Virus record (IMG/VR): IMGVR_UViG_3300020179_000026
Coordinates: 1,990 to 65,989 of that record
Direction: 5' to 3' (one strand)
Length of the DNA: 64,000 nt
Origin: a virus
Taxonomy: Duplodnaviria > Caudoviricetes
The notes under the pieces are model-generated. The model worked only from the letters and a program-made list of their open reading frames with translations, was not told the origin of the DNA and searched no databases. Numbering within the stretch: position 1 is the stretch's first letter; the number at the start of each line of letters is the position of its first letter. Shown in pieces: positions 17,420 to 28,475 of the stretch. Position numbers and translations under genes: made by a program.

Positions 17420-19177
17420 TTATGTGCAGAGAATGCTGATTATAAATGCTCCGTCACCCATTCCTATCATGTCTTCACCTGCCTGAATTGTTATAATATT
17501 ACAATCTGTTTTGAACAATGGTATGGGCAAAGGCGTATCTCCCTGAATAACACCAAGAATGGCTAATTGTTGCAAATATAATTCATAAAGACAACGATTG
17601 ATGGTATCACTTTGGTAATTTTCATTATTTCCAATAAAATTATTACAAGTAACTTCCAAATCAGGATTGTATAAAACCGAATCATCAGTATAGATATTTT
17701 TTATAAATTTATAACTTTCAAAAATATCCTGATTGTTCATTTGAATATCAATTGCAGATAAAGGAAGAAACGGATCCAAATCAAATTTGAATCGCTGCCG
17801 CGCCTGATTCAAAAGAATATAATTGTTGTTGATCAACTTGCTTATGCTCTTGTTGAAAACAAAACTCTGTGAATATTCATCATCTTCCACCTGTGTTTGA
17901 TCAGGGGGGAATATTTCAAAATCATAAGAATACAGCATGTTGTTTGTTGTGTTAGGTTCTAAAAATCTGAAAAACTGTCCGCCCGAAAGGTTTGTTCCTA
18001 AAGTTGTCAGGGAGAACAACAAAATGTCGTCCACGTTTTCATTCAAATAAATATCTATTGCCTTCAAGTTATAATTTTTTATATTATCTTTGACAAAATT
18101 ATATTTTCCAATTTTTGTTGTAGGTCGGGAAAAATATTTTTTGTATAGTGATTTGTTTGTTAAAATGTAAAAAATATTTTCATTTTGTTTGCTGAAAACA
18201 TATTTTTCCGAATATTCTCCGGATAAAGTTTCTTCGGAAAAATCTATGATTTTATATGTGGAATCTGAAATATTAACTATAATGATCTTGTTTTCTTTGG
18301 CCAAAAGAAATATTTCAGTTAAATTTGTGAACTGATTTTTATGAAGCTTAATGTCGATAATTGTATAGGCAGAAAATAACTTTTTAAGTATAAGCGAATA
18401 TCTCCAATTCAATTGATCATCAAAAAATTTCAGACAGGAATTTCCACTGTCCATCACAACTAATGTGGAAAGGTATAAATCAGCAGCAAAAGGATTATTG
18501 AATTCATTGTTGTCGTACCTTCCGCCCTGACCCCCTATGATTTTTTTGACATAACGTTTGTTGAATTTTACGTTCTCACCTTCAATAAAACCCTCAACAT
18601 CATAAAGAATTACTTGATTGTTGAAAGAATCCACAACATACAAATCATTTCCTTCAAGAATTAGATCTGTTATATTTCCGTTTCTCAACTGTGTTTGTTC
18701 ATCCACATAAATGCTGGAAAGAATTATATTAAAAGTGCTATACTCTTTATTGAATTTTGTAAAAAATATAGTTTGTCCCTGTGAAGCTATCAGCAATCGA
18801 TTTTCGTTATCGGTTGTTGGTGCTACCACAAAATCCTGAATATAGTCCAAAGCAGACAATCCCACATTTAAAAAAGACGAGCCGCTCGTATTGGGTGTTG
18901 TGGTAAAATTCCATTTGATTTGGTTTTGTCCCGAAGGAACACCCAGCCATTGTGTATAAGAATATGGAATTTGATTTGTGAGAATTTTTGTTTTTGAGTA
19001 AAGATACAAAATGTTTTTATACAAATAATTCAACCGAATATTCAAAGTTCCTGCCACACTAAGTTCATTTACAGGAATCTGAATTTTATCAAAATGATAA
19101 GGCAATTCGATAAAATCTCCCACCACTCGATCAAAAATTAAATTTTCTTTTTGAAATAATTTAAAAATATTTTTCAT
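17420..19177 (-). CDS. NHL-type beta-propeller virion protein (start revised to MKNIFKLF)
   Basis: LYVVDSFNNQV, FNNPFAAD, VVMDSGNSCLK repeats; ATG 2 nt after the upstream stop. Confidence 0.7.
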   Translation of the reverse strand: MKNIFKLFQKENLIFDRVVGDFIELPYHFDKIQIPVNELSVAGTLNIRLNYLYKNILYLYSKTKILTNQIPYSYTQWLGVPSGQNQIKWNFTTTPNTSGSSFLNVGLSALDYIQDFVVAPTTDNENRLLIASQGQTIFFTKFNKEYSTFNIILSSIYVDEQTQLRNGNITDLILEGNDLYVVDSFNNQVILYDVEGFIEGENVKFNKRYVKKIIGGQGGRYDNNEFNNPFAADLYLSTLVVMDSGNSCLKFFDDQLNWRYSLILKKLFSAYTIIDIKLHKNQFTNLTEIFLLAKENKIIIVNISDSTYKIIDFSEETLSGEYSEKYVFSKQNENIFYILTNKSLYKKYFSRPTTKIGKYNFVKDNIKNYNLKAIDIYLNENVDDILLFSLTTLGTNLSGGQFFRFLEPNTTNNMLYSYDFEIFPPDQTQVEDDEYSQSFVFNKSISKLINNNYILLNQARQRFKFDLDPFLPLSAIDIQMNNQDIFESYKFIKNIYTDDSVLYNPDLEVTCNNFIGNNENYQSDTINRCLYELYLQQLAILGVIQGDTPLPIPLFKTDCNIITIQAGEDMIGMGDGAFIISILCT

Positions 19178-19178
19178 A

Positions 19179-22100
19179 TTAATAACCACCTGAATAACCA
19201 CCTGATCCACTTCCACCCGATCCGCTTCCACCCGATCCGCTTCCACCCGATCCGCTTCCACCTGATCCGCTTCCACCTGATCCACTTCCACCCGATCCGC
19301 TTCCACCTGATCCGCTTCCACCTGATCCACTTCCACCCGATCCGCTTCCACCTGATCCGCTTCCACCTGATCCACTTCCACCCGATCCGCTTCCACCTGA
19401 TCCGCTTCCACCTGATCCGCTTCCACCCGATCCTCCGGATGAAGCTCCAGTGTTGTTGCCACTAGTTTCAGATTGAGTTTCAGTCGTGCTTATTGACTGA
19501 TCTGTTTCGTTAAAACTTATGTCTTTTTCCATATTTTCCTTCCAAATAAAATTTCGTAATTCACTCATGTAAGGAAGATTGTTCAATAATATGGTATTTA
19601 ATTGTTTTTGAATATACGCTCGGGCATCTTTATTGGTAATTTTTGAATTGTTTATGGTTATGTCTATTGCAGGAGACTTGTGATACGGAATTCTTTGCCG
19701 AAAAAACTTTTCAATTGTATCTGCATAGTTTCTGCTTTCAGAAGGTAAATTAAACAACAAAGGCTGAATATTTTTTGAATATTTTTGAATGAACCTGATC
19801 GTGTAATAATCCAAAGGTTTTGTGAAGAAAAATACGTCTCGAATATCTAAGTTTTTTATCGTGAATGCATTCTTTATTTTTAACTTGTCATACAAATTAA
19901 TACCAGCAAAATATTGAGTGGACCCGTATGTAAAAGGTTCGTTAAAAATTTGACTCAATGTATATTTTCCCGGACTAAAAGTTTTAGAATCCACTATCTG
20001 TCCGTTTACAAATAAAACACATTTTCCGGCTACAGAATCGAATGACAAAGCAAATTCATGATAACCAAATTTTAACTGGGTAGCATCAAACGAAAGATTC
20101 AATTCTTCAGAAGCTTCTGAAGTATAAACATTTGGCAGGTTAATTCTTATACTTATTCCATTTTCTGGGTAGGTTTCATTTAAAACTTCATGATTATACA
20201 CTGAATTTGTTGTGGGTACATTAAAGCAAGCGGAAACCGGATAATTCAAAACAATTACATCTTCATTAGTCACCAAAGTTTTTGTGTCTATAAGTGCAAC
20301 CGATCCGGTCGAATTAGTGCTTGAACAAATTGCATATACTGTTGAAATGTTTTCCCCGGCAATATAAGTGGAACTAAAATCACTGGCTATCACGTTTGTT
20401 GCACTCACAGGAAGTCTGAATGTGTTAATCACAAATCCTGCAGAATTGTGTACGTAGCATGTTGAATTATTATCAAAAATAAAGAAATTTAAATTGTTGT
20501 CTATAGTAAAGGTTGTGATAGTACCACTGCTATTATAAAATCTTGTTTCAATATTGTTTAAACTGACATTCCATTCTTTTATTTCTCCATTAGATTTGTA
20601 GAATATTCTGACTTGTTCTCTTATTTCTGAATCATTACCATCCAAGATATAAACGGCGTTGCCTATTTTTTTCAAAGATTTTGCACTGACCATGGGTGTT
20701 GTTGAATAGTATCTGGTCAAATTATTAAATCCAAATTGTTCGGTTCTGCGATTATATGAAACAAAATCACCGGCATGTGAAACCAAGAAATATGTGCTTG
20801 TTTCGTCAGAATGGTGTGAAATTGCAGCGGAAAGAGGATTATACTGCGAACTATCCAGTATGGTATTCTGTGAATTTATTTGAAACAATTCTCCTGTGTT
20901 GTCTAAAACAAAATAATCATCCAAACTTTCTATTTGAACCACATCCAAAAGAGAATTATTGAACTGTATTGTATCCAATAACGTCCATTCAGAATTGTAA
21001 ATTTTTAAAATATTACCATCTATGAAACGAACAAATGGGGTTACAGCTCGGTCTGAATAAACACCGATTCCTGTGTTTTTATAATTGCCCACAATTTCGT
21101 GTCCAAATGATTGATTGAAATCTTTGCTTCCTATTGTGAAGAAAAATGTGAATCTGTTATCGAAACTTTTGCTGTTGATAGTTTCATTTATTGCATATTC
21201 ATTACCTGAAAATTTATAAACACCATTTTCTGCAGCCAAAATGGTTCCATTGGTTTGAATATATTGGTCTATTCCATTGAATAATATAGAAGAATCATTT
21301 TTCAAAATATATTCATTAATGTCTTGTTTGCCTATCCGGTAGTAAGCATAAAGAGTGTAAGGTTCAAATGTCATCTGACTTTTTACATCAAATATTTCTG
21401 TGGGAACTGACACCTGGTTTGTTATGCAATCATAATAACTTTCGTATGCAAAAACATCGTTTGCAGAAAACGCCATCTGTCGAGTGGTTTTGTTTGGAAT
21501 AAAATATCTATCATACCATATTGGTCGTGTATTGGGATTGGAAGAACCGCTTAACCAAGAGCAAATCCAAGTTCCGTTTATTTCTCCCCGAGGATTTCCG
21601 AAGTTACTGGTATCTTTATAATTTGCATTTTTCTTCCAAATTTTATCTGAAAATTCCGGTGTATTTGAATAAATCGCACCACATTCAGCCAAATTACTGT
21701 CATTTATGTTAATAAAATTATATTCTCCCATCTCTAAAGGAGTATGAAAATATGTCAGTTTGCCCGGTTTAAATTTGTATTCATTAATTTTACTTTGATA
21801 ATTTTGAGAAAATCTTAGATTTCCTTTTTCTTGAGGTGCTCCTGTGTTTAAGGAAACATATGATCTTACATCTTTGTTTTCTCCCAAAGAAATATTCTCT
21901 GATTTGGGAGTTAGATTATTTTTTTCTGTGACAAAATTATAAGGAACCTTTTCAGATGAAATATTATTGAATTCACTGTGAAACACTATTTGATTTTTTA
22001 CCACAGAAGAATCTGTGCATTCCACATTTAAATTATTTGTATCAAATTCTTTTTTATAAGAAAACCAATGAGATGAAAGAGAATCAATTAAATTGAATTT

Positions 22101-22808
22101 TATAGGAAGAACATTAAATGTATTTTCGATTGTTAATTGAATATCGCTACCGGTCAGAGCAACAAACCCCAAAGAAGAGAATTGTTTTACCAATGTGTAA
22201 ACATTGTTATTTTTTCTGTAAAATAAAGCTATACAATTATTAACATCATCAAAAATGTATTCAAATGCTTGATGATACAAACTGTTGTTGTCATAGATAT
22301 CAGAAGTTGAAGAAAGAAGATAAACGCGATTGGTAAGAAAATTTACATTTAGATAATATTTTGAATTATAATAATCATGTGAGATACGACAAAGGTTATT
22401 TGGAATAAAATCTATTTCAAAATAATTATCTGGATTTTTTTCTGATAAAAAATTATTGGTGGTTATATCCAAATAATTCGAAGACAACGATGGAACTATT
22501 TTCCAATATCTTTGTGCCGTATCTTTAATATTCAACAAACCATTACTAAGGGTAGTAACAAATCCATTTCCATTTTCAGTTGGATTCGTTAAAGAAAAAA
22601 TCTTGGAAAAGTTTACAGATGATGTTAAAGCAAAACTTGAATAGTTGTTATTTTTTTGGTCAAGAGTTTTTACAAATAATTCGGGATATGAAAAATTTAT
22701 GCAAGAATCACTGAATATCTTCTGTTGTTTTGTCTGTAAATCATTGTCCTGAACATAGAAAACCTCCATGTTAGACCAGTTATTTTCGTCAAAAATCTTT
22801 ACAGGCAT
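19179..22808 (-). CDS. large virion protein with LamG-like and propeller regions and a Gly-Ser tail (start revised to MPVKIFD)
   Basis: YHEFALSFDS..G...LFVNGQ LamG motif; TAAATA 5 nt before ATG 22808. Confidence 0.7.
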   Translation of the reverse strand: MPVKIFDENNWSNMEVFYVQDNDLQTKQQKIFSDSCINFSYPELFVKTLDQKNNNYSSFALTSSVNFSKIFSLTNPTENGNGFVTTLSNGLLNIKDTAQRYWKIVPSLSSNYLDITTNNFLSEKNPDNYFEIDFIPNNLCRISHDYYNSKYYLNVNFLTNRVYLLSSTSDIYDNNSLYHQAFEYIFDDVNNCIALFYRKNNNVYTLVKQFSSLGFVALTGSDIQLTIENTFNVLPIKFNLIDSLSSHWFSYKKEFDTNNLNVECTDSSVVKNQIVFHSEFNNISSEKVPYNFVTEKNNLTPKSENISLGENKDVRSYVSLNTGAPQEKGNLRFSQNYQSKINEYKFKPGKLTYFHTPLEMGEYNFININDSNLAECGAIYSNTPEFSDKIWKKNANYKDTSNFGNPRGEINGTWICSWLSGSSNPNTRPIWYDRYFIPNKTTRQMAFSANDVFAYESYYDCITNQVSVPTEIFDVKSQMTFEPYTLYAYYRIGKQDINEYILKNDSSILFNGIDQYIQTNGTILAAENGVYKFSGNEYAINETINSKSFDNRFTFFFTIGSKDFNQSFGHEIVGNYKNTGIGVYSDRAVTPFVRFIDGNILKIYNSEWTLLDTIQFNNSLLDVVQIESLDDYFVLDNTGELFQINSQNTILDSSQYNPLSAAISHHSDETSTYFLVSHAGDFVSYNRRTEQFGFNNLTRYYSTTPMVSAKSLKKIGNAVYILDGNDSEIREQVRIFYKSNGEIKEWNVSLNNIETRFYNSSGTITTFTIDNNLNFFIFDNNSTCYVHNSAGFVINTFRLPVSATNVIASDFSSTYIAGENISTVYAICSSTNSTGSVALIDTKTLVTNEDVIVLNYPVSACFNVPTTNSVYNHEVLNETYPENGISIRINLPNVYTSEASEELNLSFDATQLKFGYHEFALSFDSVAGKCVLFVNGQIVDSKTFSPGKYTLSQIFNEPFTYGSTQYFAGINLYDKLKIKNAFTIKNLDIRDVFFFTKPLDYYTIRFIQKYSKNIQPLLFNLPSESRNYADTIEKFFRQRIPYHKSPAIDITINNSKITNKDARAYIQKQLNTILLNNLPYMSELRNFIWKENMEKDISFNETDQSISTTETQSETSGNNTGASSGGSGGSGSGGSGSGGSGSGGSGSGGSGSGGSGSGGSGSGGSGSGGSGSGGSGSGGSGSGGSGSGGSGSGGSGSGGSGSGGYSGGY
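19186..19440 (-). repeat. 15-bp tandem repeat (about 16 copies) encoding (GGSGS)n
   Basis: Unit CCACCYGATCCRCTT on + strand with synonymous variants. Confidence 0.95.
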
Positions 22809-22819
22809 AAAAATATTTA

Positions 22820-23704
22820 TTAATATATTGGGGCAACACAACTAATTGGAATCAAATATGTTGGATTGAATACATTAACACCTATCAACAATTCATTGTT
22901 TACAATCGTTAGAAGTGCACAATATGCACTCAAAGGAGGTATAACCGGATAAATTGGTTCTGATGTAATTGCTGGAAGAATCGTTATTACAAATTCAAGA
23001 GGAGGAAGTTCCGGTCTTACTACCAAAGGTGCTGTAAAAAGATAATCGCCCGTACCTAAAACACCATAATGAATGTCTAATAGATTGGATCCTTGTAGAG
23101 TCAGCAAGTAATTTCTTGCATCATCCAGCAATTGATAATTTAATATTTTATAATCTAAAATAGGATTAATTATGCTTGGTTGGGTGCAACTTAATTGCAC
23201 AACAAAAACATCCACATAAAAATTTTCTCGATAACAGCTAATACTCGCTGTATACGAATCTAAGAAATTTTTTGTTGTTTCATAAACACCAGAAACTGTT
23301 GTTAGTGTAGTGATGTTTGGATTGACCAAATTAACATTTGTTTGAACAAAATTATTATTCAGATTTGCTGAAATTTTTTGAATTTTGTAAAGAGTTTGTT
23401 TAACTCCAGACAAAGAAAAAGTTATGATAACAGGCGCTGTGAACAAAAATTCATTTTGCTTATATTGATGAATAACTATATTTTCAGAAGCTGAAAAATT
23501 AGACGTATACGTATAAGCAGATAGAGGAAGGGCGGAAAGAGGTGGGTATGCACTTAGGGATGAAAAGGTGCCTGAACAAAGTGTGTCGGTATATGTGAAA
23601 TCATAACCAAAAATAGGATCTTTATACACATATCCGTCAATTGTTCCATAGCTGATAAAATTTTCGTCAGCACTGAGATAAATTATGGCCGTATTGTATC
23701 TCAT
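22820..23704 (-). CDS. hypothetical virion appendage protein
   Basis: In the structural run; S/T-rich with repeated LSA; Pro-rich linker and Cys-bounded C-terminal module. Confidence 0.65.
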   Translation of the reverse strand: MRYNTAIIYLSADENFISYGTIDGYVYKDPIFGYDFTYTDTLCSGTFSSLSAYPPLSALPLSAYTYTSNFSASENIVIHQYKQNEFLFTAPVIITFSLSGVKQTLYKIQKISANLNNNFVQTNVNLVNPNITTLTTVSGVYETTKNFLDSYTASISCYRENFYVDVFVVQLSCTQPSIINPILDYKILNYQLLDDARNYLLTLQGSNLLDIHYGVLGTGDYLFTAPLVVRPELPPLEFVITILPAITSEPIYPVIPPLSAYCALLTIVNNELLIGVNVFNPTYLIPISCVAPIY

Positions 23705-23705
23705 A

Positions 23706-25652
23706 TTATGGTATTCCTGTTAAACAAATCATAGGGCTGAGAATATCAAAGCCGTTAATTGAATAAAGCGGTATGCTGTTATCTACAATTTCAACTAAAG
23801 CACAAAATGAACTTAAAGGAACGATTGGAGGTTTTGGACACTGTATGGTCAATACATATCCACTTAAATCTATCTTCTTAATGTATGAAACTGGTAACTC
23901 AGTTAACAAGGCAATTGCACAAGGTGGTATGACTGGTGCGGGAATATATGCAGGATCACAAGTTAAATTAAAAATGCTTATTCCATTTGTAGAACGGGCT
24001 GCTAAAATATTCCCCTTTACATCTATATTGCTTCCCAAATAAACATTAGGAGTAAGGGATATAGGTGGATATGTTTTGGTTAATAACAGAGATTCATTTG
24101 GAACAGAATATTCATAAACATCAATTAGCCCTGCATTTGAATTTAATGAAACTGTGTTTCCGGGGCGAGAAATTGCCAGTGTGTTATTTTTAATAACCAT
24201 TCCTGTTCCAAATCGGGCATCTGAATTTTGTCCTGTGGATAATTGAACTGAGTACGACCAAACATTTGTAGATGAATTTTTAGTGAAAACAAATACAGAT
24301 CCATCCGATGTGTTTAAACATGTTTTTAATGGAGAACTTATTGCTGCAAAATAATCACCTACAGCTATCGCATAACCAAATTGCTCGGAGGCATTTGAAA
24401 TGCCTGACAGATAAAAAACGCTAGTATAATTGGTGAAATTTGTACTTTCAAAAATTTGAGCAGACCCGTCTATATAAGAAATTATTCCTTTATTATTTTT
24501 AAATTTTATATTTGTGGGTATGGAAGATAATCCTGTCAATCTATTTTCATAATTCCAATCATAATTGGTTCTTTTGTAAATTTCTACTGATGACAATGTG
24601 GAAAGGTATAAATAATCATTATCAATACACCCACGCATTCCAAACCCTGAAACATTATTGGAATAAACTGTATATTCCTTAATGACATTTCTTCCTAAAT
24701 TTCTGTATATATCAATAGAATTGTTTACGGTATTTCTTACAAGAAGATTATTATTTGAATTATCCAAAAAATTTTCCACGGCGGAAAGATCATAAACTAT
24801 AGTTTTTCTAAGATCGTAAGGGGAATTTAAAGATGTCGTTAAAATATAATTTGAAAAAGATTTATTACCGGCAACTTCCGAAAATATATTATTGGAACCT
24901 ATAAAAAGCTTGGTGGTTTGACCCACGCTAAAAACATTAGTTCGTATAAATTGTAAACAAGTTCCTAAATTATTGTCTAAAATACTATCAACAACTTTGT
25001 TTTCAAAACCGTAACAATTAAATTCTTTGAGTTTAAAAACAGTTGTACTATCATTTGAAACAAAATTACATACAATTCGATAAGCCGTATTTTTTCTTTT
25101 ATCTAAATATGTTTCAGTTAGTGTAACAAAATTGTCTGGGGTAACCATTTTTTGAACTTTTACCCGGCGTCCATGATCCGTTAAAACAACCCGTATGGTT
25201 TGAAAAATAGCGTTATTTTCTAAAGTGTATCCTTGACCCAAGATGATGTTGGATACTGATGAAAGATTTTCAGTAAAAGTTAAAAGAGGGTAATTGTCAG
25301 CTTCTGGTCCACGAATGGCAATTGTATTTGGGTTATTTTTATAGTCTCCGTCTGCCTTTCCATTTTCTTTTTTTGAAAAATTTCCGGTTATGTCGAGTCC
25401 AATTCCCACATAAGCACCCTTTAATCCCTCATAATTGGTTTGGGAAAATAGAGATGCCCCTGTGTAAGGTGAATACCCTAAAGATCCGCTTGGTCCTCCT
25501 TCATAAGGAGAAATTAACGAATCCTCATAAAACGCTATACAAATTCCGCCCGAACAGGAAGACACCGGATTAAAAACAGAAAAAGTCAATGAAGCCGCTA
25601 TATCATGGCGACTATCAAATGGTGTTTCGTTGTATATCCTGTTGAATTGCAT
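23706..25652 (-). CDS. L-type lectin domain plus FG-GAP beta-propeller protein (candidate receptor-binding)
   Basis: GGICIAF...GSLGY...YVGIGLD..GNF...PNTIAIRG (L-lectin); FGYAIAV..DGSVFVF, RFGTGM..AGLIDVY (FG-GAP). Confidence 0.75.
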   Translation of the reverse strand: MQFNRIYNETPFDSRHDIAASLTFSVFNPVSSCSGGICIAFYEDSLISPYEGGPSGSLGYSPYTGASLFSQTNYEGLKGAYVGIGLDITGNFSKKENGKADGDYKNNPNTIAIRGPEADNYPLLTFTENLSSVSNIILGQGYTLENNAIFQTIRVVLTDHGRRVKVQKMVTPDNFVTLTETYLDKRKNTAYRIVCNFVSNDSTTVFKLKEFNCYGFENKVVDSILDNNLGTCLQFIRTNVFSVGQTTKLFIGSNNIFSEVAGNKSFSNYILTTSLNSPYDLRKTIVYDLSAVENFLDNSNNNLLVRNTVNNSIDIYRNLGRNVIKEYTVYSNNVSGFGMRGCIDNDYLYLSTLSSVEIYKRTNYDWNYENRLTGLSSIPTNIKFKNNKGIISYIDGSAQIFESTNFTNYTSVFYLSGISNASEQFGYAIAVGDYFAAISSPLKTCLNTSDGSVFVFTKNSSTNVWSYSVQLSTGQNSDARFGTGMVIKNNTLAISRPGNTVSLNSNAGLIDVYEYSVPNESLLLTKTYPPISLTPNVYLGSNIDVKGNILAARSTNGISIFNLTCDPAYIPAPVIPPCAIALLTELPVSYIKKIDLSGYVLTIQCPKPPIVPLSSFCALVEIVDNSIPLYSINGFDILSPMICLTGIP

Positions 25653-25681
25653 ATAAATTATTTAATTGTAAATTTTTTTTG

Positions 25682-28471
25682 TCATCTTGGATCTATGTAA
25701 ATAACATGTTGTCCACTGGCCACATATGTTATTGAAAATTTATTTGGACCATCTTGCGCTGTTACTGAATCATTAATTGTTGTAAAATAATGTTCATTTG
25801 ACCCAGAAAAATTATACACCAACGTTCCATAAACATCTCTTAAGTTAAGATTTGTATTTCCCGCAGACACTGTAAAAACATTTGCAACTGTAGAATCACA
25901 AACAATAAATGAAGAAACTGTACTGCTTATTGTCAACGGCAAGGACGAAACATAATAGAAATTATAATAATTTTGTGAAGATGCTGAAAAAACCAAACTG
26001 TTAAATTGATTTTGATTTGCTACGGGCGACGAATAGAAAGATATAGCCCGAACTGTCTGATTTTTTATAATATCATTATAATTTTTATCATAAATAAATC
26101 CGCAAGGTTTTAATATTAAAAATTGGTCTAAATTTAGTCTGTTGAATGATTTTTTGAATTTGTAATTTTGTAGCAAAGGTACTCCGTTATTGTTATAACT
26201 TTTTACTAGAACACCCAGTGTTTGTGCTTCATTATGAAAATTTAGAATACTTCTATCATTATAAGAGGAGTTATAATTTTCGGAACTTAAATTGACCACA
26301 ATCGAACTTAAAGTTTGAATGGTTTCTGTCTTTGGAAAGAACTCTTCAAACTCCAAATTCTGTATGTCTGCAACTAAAATTTTAGGATAAACTATTTTTT
26401 CACTTTTGGCGGAATTGATTTCAAACAAAGTTAAAAAACTTAAAATTATTTTTTTGTATTCGTCGTCATACCAAAAATTAGAATAATTTTCTATGGAAGA
26501 ATTTTTTGTGAATTTTTCATAGTATGTATTTTTAGTATAATTTTTTTCAAACAAATTAGTTTCGAAATCAAAATTAATTTTGTCTAGAACAACGTAATTA
26601 GGAGTTTCCAAAATTACAGTGTTAAAGATCAGATCAAAATCTACCAGAGAATTTTGAAGTTCAGTTCTTACATTTACAGGATATTTTATAAAAATTCCAC
26701 TTAATGCAGCACTCAAAGGCAAAACGCTGCTGTCATCATACAAACGAATAAACGCCTGACCTAATTGTATATTTTGCTTTTCGTAAAGAGAAGAAAGTGG
26801 TGTTGAGCGAATAGAAAATAAATCTGTAGATGACGGATAATGTAAAGAAGTAGAAATTGCAGAATAACTGTTTGTTAATGAATTTTTAAACAATCCATAA
26901 TGATTTCCAAAAATATCTGTTTTATATTTTGTTAATATACCTTTATTATACAAAAGATATTTTTTACGTTTGTCCAAAGGATAAAAATCGTCTCCGCTAA
27001 AATCAAAAACGTCTTTATTTCTCCAGATTATGCGGTCGTCCCAAAAATCTTCATAATCTGATATTCTGGAAATACCATCATCTCCATCTTCATAAATTTC
27101 ACTTTTTCCGGTGTAAGGATAAAATTTGTGAATTTTAGGGTTAGAATATATTTTACCAAAAGCATAATCATTTGACCAATCAAAACGGTTCCATTGAAGA
27201 TCCGTTTGGTAATTTATTCCACTAAGAGATTGATCATACAAAGATAATCCAGAAGCATTAGAACCAACTTCAGGATCGGGTATAACAATAATTTCACCCG
27301 AAGATAATTCTCTTGAAAATGAATATTCTTTCTTATATGTATTCCAAAACAAAATACCTAAATTATCTTTAGTAAAGAAATTACCCAAATATTTTTCATT
27401 TTGGGCCCGCACTATTTCTGGAACATGTGCTACTGTAGGAAATCTTCTGTTTAAAATGTTTTGATACGGGAATTCTGGAGTCATAACATAACCGCTAAGC
27501 GGACTAGTAAATTTCTGTCCTGTCAAAGCAAATAACTTATTTCCTAAATTTTTCTGATATAATTTTTTATAGTTAAAAACATTTGTATTTGTTGCAGTTG
27601 CATTGTTATTATAATTTTGAAAATCTTTTCTATCTAAATATACATAATTTTTTGTTGAAAGTGGAAAGTTTATAGAGAAATTTTTTAAACCTAACTCCTG
27701 CAAAAAGAATGGATACGATTTAATAGCGTTTATGATTGCTTGATCCAAATCAAATATAGGTGTATTGTCTACCTTGGTTGAGTCTAAACCAAAAAATTGT
27801 ATTCTTTTAGAGTCTTGTACACCATAGATTTTATAGTCGGATCCAGGTTGGATGTCATAATAATACTGCTGATTATCATAAGCATCATTGACTTGAATAT
27901 GAATGTCTGATAAAACAGATGAAAGAGGTGGTAAATTTACCCCCAAAGATTCGAATTCATTGGTTTGAAGAATAGAAACAATTTCTTTTTTAATAATTGT
28001 CTCGATCCCAAAATCACTTCCCTTTAAATTAGATCGAATAACCCCTGATGTTAATGTATCACGATTTTGTGCATAATATTGGCAAATCCTTTTTATCTTT
28101 TTAGTAAAAAATGGAATGGCAACATCCAATGATTGATTGTCATTGAAATTAAGATTTTCCAAAAATCTTTGCTCATCAGCAGAAGAATATTTTAAACTTA
28201 TTTCTTTTAGCAAATTTATATATTGAAGTCGAACATATGCATTTTTTTCAGATTTCTCTATGTTTTTATAATCAAACCAATCACTTAAATATTTGTTGTA
28301 GCTGGATATGTAAACAGAGGTGTCTGTGCTGGATATATTTAAATTTTTAAGCCATTCTATAAGTGAATAAGAAGAATTAAAATCTTCCGGAACTTTCGTA
28401 TTATTCAGATTTAGAACTGAATTATTTGGAATATAATTTTTTAAATTTGAAGATGTAAAATGACTTGCCAT
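25682..28471 (-). CDS. large virion/baseplate-associated protein (start probably MASHFTSS)
   Basis: Long ORF in the baseplate run; ATG 28471 lies just after the upstream stop, 5 nt after TAACTA. Confidence 0.65.
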   Translation of the reverse strand: MASHFTSSNLKNYIPNNSVLNLNNTKVPEDFNSSYSLIEWLKNLNISSTDTSVYISSYNKYLSDWFDYKNIEKSEKNAYVRLQYINLLKEISLKYSSADEQRFLENLNFNDNQSLDVAIPFFTKKIKRICQYYAQNRDTLTSGVIRSNLKGSDFGIETIIKKEIVSILQTNEFESLGVNLPPLSSVLSDIHIQVNDAYDNQQYYYDIQPGSDYKIYGVQDSKRIQFFGLDSTKVDNTPIFDLDQAIINAIKSYPFFLQELGLKNFSINFPLSTKNYVYLDRKDFQNYNNNATATNTNVFNYKKLYQKNLGNKLFALTGQKFTSPLSGYVMTPEFPYQNILNRRFPTVAHVPEIVRAQNEKYLGNFFTKDNLGILFWNTYKKEYSFSRELSSGEIIVIPDPEVGSNASGLSLYDQSLSGINYQTDLQWNRFDWSNDYAFGKIYSNPKIHKFYPYTGKSEIYEDGDDGISRISDYEDFWDDRIIWRNKDVFDFSGDDFYPLDKRKKYLLYNKGILTKYKTDIFGNHYGLFKNSLTNSYSAISTSLHYPSSTDLFSIRSTPLSSLYEKQNIQLGQAFIRLYDDSSVLPLSAALSGIFIKYPVNVRTELQNSLVDFDLIFNTVILETPNYVVLDKINFDFETNLFEKNYTKNTYYEKFTKNSSIENYSNFWYDDEYKKIILSFLTLFEINSAKSEKIVYPKILVADIQNLEFEEFFPKTETIQTLSSIVVNLSSENYNSSYNDRSILNFHNEAQTLGVLVKSYNNNGVPLLQNYKFKKSFNRLNLDQFLILKPCGFIYDKNYNDIIKNQTVRAISFYSSPVANQNQFNSLVFSASSQNYYNFYYVSSLPLTISSTVSSFIVCDSTVANVFTVSAGNTNLNLRDVYGTLVYNFSGSNEHYFTTINDSVTAQDGPNKFSITYVASGQHVIYIDPR

Positions 28472-28475
28472 AAAA

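Noticed and set aside
19186-19440. Tandem repeat as a CRISPR array
   Set aside because: Contiguous 15-bp units without unique spacers, in frame within a CDS, no cas genes
19178-19462. VEADQ-repeat N-terminus of the 680-aa ORF as real protein
   Set aside because: It is the shifted reading of the GGSGS repeat; unit variation is synonymous in the Gly-Ser frame, and ATG 19177 follows the upstream stop
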